In this document: positions 54,101-64,000 of the stretch, in pieces
Numbering within the stretch: position 1 is the first letter of the stretch
Layout: each line of letters begins with the position of its first letter
Source of the DNA: Mizuhopecten yessoensis
Taxonomy: Eukaryota
Direction of reading: 5' to 3'
DNA: 64,000 nt
Assembly: GCF_002113885.1 (NCBI RefSeq)
Contig: NW_018408726.1
Coordinates: 3,182,642-3,246,641, forward strand
Position numbers and translations under genes: made by a program
The notes under the pieces: generated by a model
Database searches by the model: none
What the model was told of the DNA's origin: nothing
What the model saw: the letters and a program-made list of their open reading frames with translations, nothing else

Positions 54101-55310
54101 GATTTCGATCTATAATGATAAAGGCAAATGACACAGATATTCTTGTTATAAGTGTCAGTGTGTTGTCATCTTTTCAAAAGTAAGGCCTACAGACACTTTG
54201 GATTGATTTTGGTCAAGACAAAAATCAAAGATGGATTCCTATCCTTGATATCAATAGCCCGATTGGCTATGGTAAATCTGAGGGAACATCACTTTTTCAT
54301 GCCTTTACCGGTTGTGATATTGTATCAGATTCTCGGGGTAAAGGGAAGAAGACTGCATGGCAAACTTGGAATGTGTGTCCTGAAGTTACGTCCGTCTTTG
54401 CAAAACTCAGTAAGTATCCCCCTGTAGTTAGTGAATCAAATCAAGATATTTTGGAAATGTATGTCATTGCTATGTATGACAAATCAAGCCCTACTGCAAA
54501 TATCAACAATGCAAGACTTGATCTCTTCGCTCGAAAGAAAAGATCCTATGAGTCAATCCCTCCAACACATGGAGCTCTAATCGAGCATACTAGGCGAGCT
54601 GATTACCAAGCAGGTTGCATCTGGGGTCAGTCTATCATATCCAACATGGAAACTGAATGTCCTGGGGAATGGGGCTGGAATAAAAAGGGGGATATTTGAC
54701 AAATCGTGTGGACAAAACTTGCTTCAATTGCCCAGAGTTGTCAACAACTGACAAAATGTGGATGCAAGACGGAATGTTGTGGTCGACGCAAATGTTTCAG
54801 ATTAAGTCTACCTTGCACGGCATTGTGTGGTTGTAACTGTGAAACATAGATATACAGCTGTGTTGCAGTTATGACATTTAGATACCATGTTAAAATTAGA
54901 TTAGTGACAGGAGCTCACAATTTAAAATGAGGGGAAAAAACGTGTAAATATTTTTGTTTATTTTTTTCGCTTTATTTGTAGATATTATGATTTTAATTTT
55001 GCAAAAGGAAGGCTTAATAAAACCTTATGTGGTCTTTTCTTTTTGTTTTATTGTTAAATGTCATGAGATAGCTTTTAAAACTATTTTGAGATGAATCAGT
55101 ACGGTTAGTTTCATTTCTTTACCAAAAAAGGTAAGGAGATTTTATCAAAAAAATCCATTATGGCGTCCATCTTGGAAAAAGTGGCCGCCATTTTGGAATT
55201 TCAAATGGCTAACGTGCTTTTTGAGTTAAGTAGTGTTTAAAGAGTGTATGTACCAAATCCTATGCTTGCATTATTTTTTTTTATTTTTTTTTTACTATTC
55301 GGCTCAACTA
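51110..55310 (+). mobile_element. Academ (AcademX-type) DNA transposon, decayed
   Basis: 5'-TAG...CTA-3' termini, 3-bp TSD ATA (51107-51109 and 55311-55313) and long imperfect TIRs. Protein motifs MDNIDHNPTATTATTSFHGT, ADQPLYA, GLHI, XPG-like FHAFTGCD and IPPTxxALxEH..YQA, plus a C-terminal Cys cluster KCGCK..C..PCTALCGCNC. Confidence 0.88.
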
Positions 55311-55479
55311 ATAAGGAATTATAAGGCGACCGTAGTCCTACATACATTTAAAAACGTAGAAAACAGACTCATCATGATATTCATTGATTTACCGCCAAAA
55401 GAATAGACGTATACTGTTTTTCTAGCATTTTATTATCGCACATGCATCATCGTCAGGAAAAACGGATCAGATAGCACCT

Positions 55480-55540
55480 TATAAATACGAAATCCCATTG
55501 TGTTCATTTAGTATCGGTGTCACAGACGGACTCTTTAACG
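55480..55540 (+). promoter_or_regulatory. P3 TATA box (TATAAAT) and non-coding exon 1
   Basis: TATAAAT at 55480-55486 and donor GTGAGT at 55541; conserved with P2 and P4. Confidence 0.72.
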
Positions 55541-56148
55541 GTGAGTACTATCATTGAGATTTACGAAGTAAATGCTAACATACTTTAGCTGAATTGAGAA
55601 CTATATATTACATTTCAATAATAATGGTCATTCATATTTTGGTATAAAGTAGAACATGTATATTAAAAAAACCAATGAGTAATACGTAGCTATGCACCGA
55701 CATATTGTACAAAGTTTTAAACATCTTTATTTTGTTGATTTCCGAGAGAGAAACATGTTACTGTTTCAATGATTTTCTGCAGAATGAATATAATGCTAAT
55801 ATGCAGCAAAAGAGCAAAACCTAGAAGTGTAAATTGGAGATACGATAGCTATCACGCTCCACAGATTGTATACAGCATTATATGTGCGGTTTATATATTT
55901 TGTTTACGTATTTCACTTTTCCAAAAGTGCTTATTATTTACTTTATCGTTTTGACAATAGTAAGATATTATGTTTATGTATATATCTTTTTCCTATTTGT
56001 GATTATTATTTTCTTTACTGATTTTGATTTTAAATCCAGTACGGATAGCTTGACAATAGTGATGGTTCTATGTTTGTTCTACATTAAAATCCTACTCTGA
56101 TTTGCTGACGCTGATTAATACATTTCTACTTTGTTGTATAGAAGGAGA

Positions 56149-56260
56149 ATGATGCTGAGAGTGGTAGTTGTGTTGTTAGCCATAACCTTGGCTTTCGTCA
56201 CAGTTCACGCAACCTGGAACTATGATACACACGGCCCGATTCATTCAGGCGGCACTTTGA
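56149..56260 (+). CDS. P3 secreted peptide exon 2: MMLRVVVVLLAITLAFVTVHA-TWNYDTHGPIHSGGTL
   Basis: Acceptor TTGTATAG and donor GTAAGT; classic signal peptide; phase 1. Confidence 0.88.
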
Positions 56261-57178
56261 GTAAGTAGATACGTTTTCAACAGAAACAAAAATCGTCAAA
56301 TATTGTTTTCTTTTGTACATCGAAGTACCAGGTCTCCACGACATTTTAGTGATGTTCGTGATTTGATGTTAACCAGTTCCCCTCTTAATTTTGTTTACAT
56401 ATCAAAGAGATTTACACATATCAAATTCTCTTTAATCAGTACTTTAGACCAATTTGAATGTGCACCTATTTGGCCACTAGTACCACAGGTGATTCTCAGA
56501 AGGATTAAACAGCTCTATGGTGCAATGTAGTTCGTTTTTGGCATACCCTTTTAGAACAAATGTTATTGGACATTGGTCAAACTGTAAGACATTAATGCTC
56601 AAATATGTTTCGAAGATGACTTGGGTAAAGCCGCATTAAATCACGGGCATTGTGACGTAACGATTACGATCTGTTGCCTAACACAGAGGTGTGGTACATA
56701 CGTCACATCACAGAATCGTCCCCATCTATTTATGTATTTCTTCATGCGTTTCGCATTATTTTAATGTGGACTGCGTCTGTTATGTACGACGTACTACTAC
56801 GATGTTATGGAAAAGTAAGTTGTTTCTACTTTCGCATTATGATACCAGACCACCAACACGAATACAAAAAAAGGTCAACATTTGACTAAGGGGTAAAGGT
56901 TATAACAAAACCTTCAACAGTACATGATCCTACATACTGAAAGTTTGGCAATTACACAGTCCAGTGTGTTGCTGTATGCCAAGATACCGCCTAAATCACG
57001 ATTGACATGTTGACGGGAAGAGGTTGGGAATGCTTCACTACCAACGTTTCAGACAGTACATCACATATCATGTCAGAGGGGATAAGAAAGAAACACATAA
57101 AACATATTATCTGTGTACTGTTATATTATAGCTTTGAAATAAAAAAAAATATTACTGAATCCTATGTAATCAATACAG

Positions 57179-57285
57179 ATCATTGGCCCGGAAGGCACTA
57201 CTACCGTCGTGGATATTACGGACACAGAATACGTCTTCATTACAGAAATCGGTATAGGAGAAGGAGGTTCCCACGTGGTGGATAA
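57179..57285 (+). CDS. P3 exon 3: (N)HWPGRHYYRRGYYGHRIRLHYRNRYRRRRFPRGG*; precursor 72 aa
   Basis: Acceptor AATACAG in phase with exon 2. Donor GG|GTAAGT lies 20 nt after the stop. Confidence 0.85.
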
Positions 57286-58568
57286 TCACACAGCACACTC
57301 TCCGGGTAAGTTCCTCTCTGCGTCATAAAGAATCAAAACATGAATCCATATCATATCCCTTTTGTAAATAGTAGTAATAATATATCACATTTGTAAAGTG
57401 CCTTTTATTATTTGCAAGGCGCATTATCAGATATACGGTACTGAGCACATCACAGTCATGTTGTAATGTGTTCATTAGGCAATAACCGCACAACAGACAT
57501 ATGCTACAGACCACACCATGGCATGTACTACTGAACACGCATTAGACATAAGTAGCTAATATACAACAAACATACTGTAAGAACACAGAGTGGGCATAAT
57601 TACAGTTGTTTGTAATACAACATAAACATAGTACTGAACATACAACATACACACTGTACTGAGGTTACAACAGACATACGTTAATGAGCATACGCCATAT
57701 AAGAGATAGTGAGCATATAACAGACAAACGGTACTGAGCACATTTGGCAATTATCTTACACGTCTAACTTATCACTTAACTAGTATATCTACTCTTTTGA
57801 TTGTAACGTCACATATCCATTTTAATTATCATTCAAGAAGATCCTTCTGTATACCATTAAACAAAGCCCTCCTTAATGTCACCTATTAGGTTTTTTATAC
57901 TACACTAATCATTTATTAATATTTCAAGTTGTAATCTTACAGTCTTCGTCAAGTAAGGAAATCAAATGGCTTGCATTTCATAATCTGTTTTTTTTCTATT
58001 TCCTCCTTTGGTTTAAAACTAAAACAGTTGTGATATCGCACAACGTATCAAAATAACCGCACGAAGTGTGCGCTACAGATTAATCAATCAGTCGCCTCGT
58101 TGTGCGATAAAACGTGCACGTATGTGTGATATGGTAAGATCGGTTGTTTGATGTTACGGAATGAAAAAAACCCAAAAAGATCGAGAGAAATAAGATACAT
58201 CGTATACGTATTAAACACAACAGATATTCGGTAAGAAATATTTAGTAATGTGAAGACAGCAAGCATATAGTAATGCGAAGACAGCAAACATATAGTAATG
58301 TGAAGACAGCAAGCATATAGTAATGTGCACACAGCAATGATATGGTAATGAGCACACAACAGAGAAGTAGTAATGTGCACACAGCCGACATACGTTAACA
58401 CGTTATCTTCAATATACTTCTGGGATTACACAAATTGTCAACGCACTGGAGCTAACACAAGTAGTCCATATTTACTGTGAGTTTTGCGACTTAATGTCGA
58501 TTAACTAGTACAGAATGCTACTGAACATTGAGGGTTTTATTCATACTCACTTTGTGTTATATTTTCAG

Positions 58569-58690
58569 ATCCTGTTTCTTACAAAATATTTGGATAACCA
58601 ACCACTGACAGGTTCTGTAAAGATTAGGAAAGTCATCGAAGAACATTGTTCTTTTTTGTGTTTTATATAAATAAAAACACAGTCAACTGC
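58569..58690 (+). other. P3 3'UTR exon 4 with AATAAA (58670-58675)
   Basis: TTTTCAG acceptor; homologous to P1 exon 4. Confidence 0.65.
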
Positions 58691-60965
58691 TATTTAGTTT
58701 TCTTTCTTTGTCTGGCCTTCAAACCCAATTTGTTTAAAAAAAATATGAGACATTACTAACTCTTTTAATTGAAATTAAAATAGAATAGAAATTATCTAAA
58801 CTTTATTTTTTAACATGCATTTCTCCGCGAATCCAATAAATAATCAAAAGTGTGATGAAAAAATATCAGGGATAACATGCCAAATAAGTTACAATTGTAT
58901 ACATTAACGCCGTTATTGTACATTGTACCAAGACATTGAGCGTCACCAGGGGTAATGCAGGAAGAAGTACGTTAACGGCTTATTTCAGACGTGGCATTAG
59001 GATTCACAGGCAAAAAAAGTTTAAATTATCATACCTAAAAACGTCTTAAGAATCAATGTATCAACATAGTATCGCTGTACGTAATAATTCAACAATTTAC
59101 ACGCCAATGGCAAAGGTTAGGGAACACGTTTGAGTTTGAAATTATCCCGCCGATTTACGACCGTATAAAAAAAACCCACATAAATCCTTGTAAAGTTTAC
59201 CGTCTATGCTTTCATTATCAGACGATCGTTCAGGTACTTCAGGAAAATATACATGTATATTGAAACAAATGATACAGAAATTAGAATAAGAAGTTATCTA
59301 CAACCCTATACTAATTACATATTTGTACCATTAATTACAATGAGGGATGTTTCCAAACGTACATACAGTATGTCATATAAATAGAGACAGGATATTTAAT
59401 GGTTTCTTGCTATCCCGTTGTTAAAGACGTCCTTCTGTCTGCTTGTAAATATATCACAGGGATTAATCGGTAAGTCAAGATGACGATTTCTACTGTTATT
59501 AAGGTAATACAAATTCATAAGGAAAGTTTTTAATCATATTTTTAATACAAATGCTCATGTATTTGTGGAAGTCATTTAAATTGTTCTCTCACAGCATAGT
59601 CTAGATACTTATCGAAAATGTATGTTACCCCACTATAGGTAACTAGAGTTTAGACGAATGTTGCCGTACAACATATTAACATATATACACGTATATACAA
59701 TGAATGGAGAATTAAACCTAGCTTTACATATAACTGTAAAGATTACGAAATATTAATGGAATAGTTAATGGCTACGTCACCGCCAAAGCTTATCGCTGTC
59801 TACTTGATAACATATCACTGAGCTTCGCCAATAATTCAAGGCGACGATTGGTGTTTTTATAGAGAAACAAACATTTCATGAGAAAAACTCCGACCTATTT
59901 TTGTCACATTTAAAATATCACAAAACGAATACACAAAATACTCATCATCGATTCTTTTTTCTCGTAAATCCTAGAATATCTTTGCTTTGTACAATGTATT
60001 AAAAGGTCACGTGTCCTACTCTAAGCTGATCATACATCCTGACAATAGCAGGATTCACTTTAGTTATTAAGCCCCATTAATGAGTTATTCAATATTATTT
60101 ATATCATATATCTACACACAACTGAGGGTTTTACGTATTTATTTCTAACCCTCTCTGATACGATTTGTGATATTCTTTCTAAATGTTTGCAAATTTACAA
60201 GAAAAGCATACAAGTCCTGTATATATTACCTCTGCAGATATATTACATAATGAATGGAAACGAACTATGGTGTACAGGTTACAAGTTCCACACGCATAGG
60301 TCAATCGAAGTTAACTAAATGAAATAGGAAAGAGAGTTGTGTACCTTAACCATGGATCAAGGCCAGCTTTCCGGTCCGTTGCTTTGCAGATAGTGTTTAA
60401 GGGAAATTCTTGCAAACGTGAAGCTAGAAGGCGACCATCTTTCTTTCTTTCGTTTTAGTCTACATCGTTGTAAGCGTTTTAGCTTTTGAAGATGTCTTGA
60501 TTGAATTTCGTTTACTATTTCATAATGTTCATCCGGTTACGCATATAGCATACATTGATAAAAAGTCATAATCATATAAGCAATTCAAACCTATCACACT
60601 TCCCCCTCCCCCCTCTTGTTATAAATTTAAAATGTGTTCATCCCGAACACCACACATTCCTAGTCATCACAAGGAGGGCCACGAACACCATTTGAAACAG
60701 GAAAAAGCGTAGTGTGCTCCGTTGGTGATCAAATAAGCGACCCCAAGCTCCCAAGTCGGTCGCTCCACCAATGGGATTAAAGGGAATATTTCTAGTGCAA
60801 AGCTAGAATGCGACCGTCATCCTACATACATCTAATAAACTTTTTAAGAACAATAAAAAAAAGATTCATTATTTTATATTTAATATTTTTTCACTAAAAA
60901 TGTAGGCGTATATTGTTTTTACTAGCATTTTATTATCACATGCATCATCTGAAGGAAAGACGGAT

Positions 60966-63141
60966 TGATTGATTGATTGATTGATTGATGGATAGGTTTT
61001 ACGTCCGCTTCACTACCGAGTATTTCGGTTATCCAGCAGACGGAGAACAGAAAGGAAAATGAGTAGAAGGGATGAAGTATGGAGTAAAAGAGTAGAGGAG
61101 TGGGATAGGTTAGAGAAGGGGCCTTCTATCCTATATATATTAACTGTATAAGTTTAGTTTTTGTAAGACGGCTCCTAATGCCTAATAATGCCTTAACCTA
61201 ACACTCATCGTACAGCATCACCAAGTCAGTGCCGGAAGTGAGGTACTGTGCCGCCTCCAGCCACACCAGCCCCTGCCTATTCTATGAATTTGGCTTGTAT
61301 ATAAGATTTGGAAGTCCATCTAAATGTCTTAATAAAGAGACCCTAGTTCTAACGGCCTAAAATTTTGGATAAAGTTTTCACTATCCTCTGTGTCGGCGTT
61401 TACGCGCCTACTCTTTTTCGAAAAAACAAGAGGGATTTTGTTCGTGCGAGATTGGACAGTTCTCACACGGGTCTCCATTTATAGTCCCATCCGACGGACT
61501 GTATATTAGTGGTAAGTGTCATGCATGTGCTGTTTTTTTGTTGTCCGTTCCATGTACTCCTCTCCTCATTCATCACTGAGAATAAACCTGACTATACTTG
61601 TACCAATGACATCTTTCTTATAAACCTCGACTTGCCTTTCATTTATTTCTGCTCATCGTTCGTATGGGTTGGTTTGTTAGTTGTGTGAAGATATTTAGTG
61701 GTTGTTGTGTTTACTTTTACGTGTAATTAATCATGTATACACATATATATATATAGTATTTTACTCGATTAGACATAAGATTGCTGTGGGGTGGGAGACT
61801 CGTCCATTTCTTAAAAACGGAACATCCCGCACGTGGTCAGAACACATACGTTGCAGCTTTCTTACATCAACCGAAAGTGAAATGTTTTTAGGTTTTGAAT
61901 AATTAATTAGAGTTTTTTGATTTGAATATTAATTAAGTTTGTTTATTAGTTTGAGTGATTGGATATTGTTGTTATTACACTATTCGCTGTGTCAGATACA
62001 CAGATATTGATTATTAGTTCATTATTCGATTATCCCGTTATTCCTACCTAACTAATAGGTCCATATAGCACCGTTGGCCTCGAAGCTCCCTCCTTTACCA
62101 CCGCTAACCTTGTAGGGTTTTACGCCGAATGAGCAAGAGGGCCTATTTTATGGGTCGTATTATACAGTTTATAGTGGTAATACAGTTCTATCCTAATGTA
62201 TATCCACCGTTTAAGCTTTGTACAGTCGAAAAACGGTTGCACATCGCTCTCCAGCGGTACATATATATTTATTCATGTGTATGTGTACATGTATACACAC
62301 ATATATATATATAATATTATACTCGATTAGACATAAGATTGCTGTGGGGTGGAAGACTCGTCCATTTTTTAAAAACGGAACATCCCGCACGTGGTCAGAA
62401 CACATACGTTGCAGCTTTCTTACATCAACCGAGTGTGTAATCATAGTTTTTTTGTTGTTATTAACTTTAATGATTTCATTTTTGTGTTTTTTGCTTGTGT
62501 TTGCTTTTGATTTTTCCTTAGTATCGGGTGCTGGTCGTTTCATCTTGATTTTGTGCCAGGTGGTGTTTATTTTATAGTACGTTTGATTATTTCTTTCCTT
62601 GTGAGGCTTCTATTTGTTTATTTTAGAATCGGGTGCCGGTGGTTTTTTTTATTATTAATTTTTTTAAATGGCTTTGTTGTCCAGGTGGTGGTGTTTTTAT
62701 TGTGATTTATAGATTTTGTTATTTTGTTATTTTAATACTTATTAGTTGATTTCTGTAATTTGCCGCTGGTTTTATTCTGATGGATATGTATATGTTTTGT
62801 TTACTTGGACATTATTTTCCTGTCTGTATAGGTTTGCTTATACACAAGTTTGGTCTATATAATGGTTGATATGTTTTAAGTACTTACATTCTATCTTAGT
62901 CATCATGATGAAGAAGACCTTATACTTTGGGAGCAGTTTTATACAGCGTCTGGGGAGATATGTCGGAGACAGGGATGGAAGTGCGAGTTATCATGGACGG
63001 GGAGGCCCTAGACTTTGTCAGGTTACGGCAGAGATGCGTCGGCGTGTGATCCAGGAGAGGGCTGACGTCGTCATCATGCAGCTAGGGGCAAATGACATCG
63101 CACCTGATCGGCTCCCCGGGGATATTGTTGATGACATGGAC
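60966..63141 (-). mobile_element. composite retroposon with 8-bp TSD, (AATC)n tail, Nin-like SINE domain, internal direct repeats and an antisense SGNH fragment
   Basis: TSD AGACGGAT at 60958-60965 and 63142-63149; (GATT)n at 60963-60989. Minus strand 61390-61500 reads CCGTCGGATGGGACTATAAATGGAGACCCGTGT..GCACG..CGAAAAAGAGTAGG. Confidence 0.75.
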
Positions 63142-63156
63142 AGACGGATCAGATAA
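62905..63156 (+). CDS. truncated SGNH/GDSL-type esterase domain (retroelement-associated)
   Basis: FGSSFIQRL (block I), GRGG (block II), VVIMQLGANDI (block III). Cut off at the TSD before block V. Confidence 0.7.
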   Translation: MMKKTLYFGSSFIQRLGRYVGDRDGSASYHGRGGPRLCQVTAEMRRRVIQERADVVIMQLGANDIAPDRLPGDIVDDMDRRIR

Positions 63157-64000
63157 CACCATATTAATACGAAATCCCATCGTTCTAATTTAGTATCGTT
63201 GAGTACTATCATCCGATTTATATTTAAGTAAAATACACGTGTGCTTTTCACCGACATATTGTACAAAGTTTTAAACTGTGTAAGACAGAAAGCAGACTTT
63301 CATTTCAGATTTTGTCCTTGTTTATTAATACTGCGGTCGATTTTCATTTTATTTTTGTTACCTAACGAGTGAGAAACATGCTGCTGTTTCAAAGATTTTC
63401 TACAGAATAAATATAATGCTAACATGTAACAAAAGAGCAAAACTCAGAAGTGTAAATTAAAGATACGATAGATATCACGCTCCAGAGATTGTATACAGCA
63501 TTTTATGGGTGATTTATATATCATGTTTACGTATCTCTCTTTTTTCCAAATTGTGATTATTCAATTAAATCCTGATAGCTAAACAATAGTGATGACTGTG
63601 ACGAAAGCCAAGGCTTTGGCTATGGAAATGTATTGATCTGTTATCTTTCTTTTCCGGGAGTTTTTAAACGTGAATGTATATAGGATTACGGTCGCCTGCT
63701 AGCTTTGAACTAGGGACCAATTCCTATAATTCCATTGCAGGTCGGTGGGATAGGTCGAACCTGGGAAAAAAAGTTACTATGTTATCAAACTCTTCTGATT
63801 TCAACTCATCAATGTCTCTAGTATGCTAGAAAAAAAGACCCGAAAGATTCCCTTTGGGGAAAACAATGAGGCCATTTTAAACTTTGACCTATTTTTCACC
63901 TTTTTTCGCCAAAAATGAAGAACGAGAACATATCGGTTAGATGAAAAAAAATTCAGATTTTTGATATTTTCTTTGTTACAAGAGTGCTGCAAATATGTTA

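Larger units (their letters stand above)
60790..63628 (+). pseudogene. P4: disrupted fourth paralog (promoter, partial exon 1, intron 1 and an inverted exon-2 fragment)
   Basis: 60900-60965 and 63142-63590 align with P3 55400-56065. The TATA box is mutated to CATATTAATA, and exon 1 is shortened with a broken donor. 63595-63622 is the reverse complement of signal-peptide codons (LAKALAFVTV). Confidence 0.75.

Noticed and set aside
63738-64000. Possible start of another DNA transposon
   Set aside because: Runs off the window, so the second TIR and TSD cannot be seen.

Overview
AT-rich eukaryotic genomic DNA, most likely from a bivalve mollusc (inferred from SINE types, transposon complement and the FAX-family gene; not proven). 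Host genes: (i) an intact 5-exon FAX/FAXC-like GST-superfamily gene on the minus strand (5893-12773, 256 aa, all GT-AG junctions in phase); (ii) a cluster of four paralogous small secreted-peptide genes that the ORF track misses, called P1-P4 here. P1 is + 21.5-27.7 kb, P2 is - 43-49 kb, P3 is + 55.5-58.7 kb and P4 is a + relic at 60-63.7 kb. P1 and P3 show the full 4-exon plan (non-coding exon 1, signal-peptide exon 2, mature-peptide exon 3, 3'UTR exon 4). Signal peptides are conserved while mature regions are highly divergent; P3 encodes a Cys-free Arg/Tyr/His/Gly-rich cationic peptide. The rest is decayed mobile DNA (AcademX, Tc1 with a nested CR1-like LINE, two other LINE pieces, tRNA-SINEs, a MITE, a TSD-flanked composite retroposon with an antisense SGNH esterase fragment) plus about ten minisatellites, which generate the long repetitive ORFs in the track.
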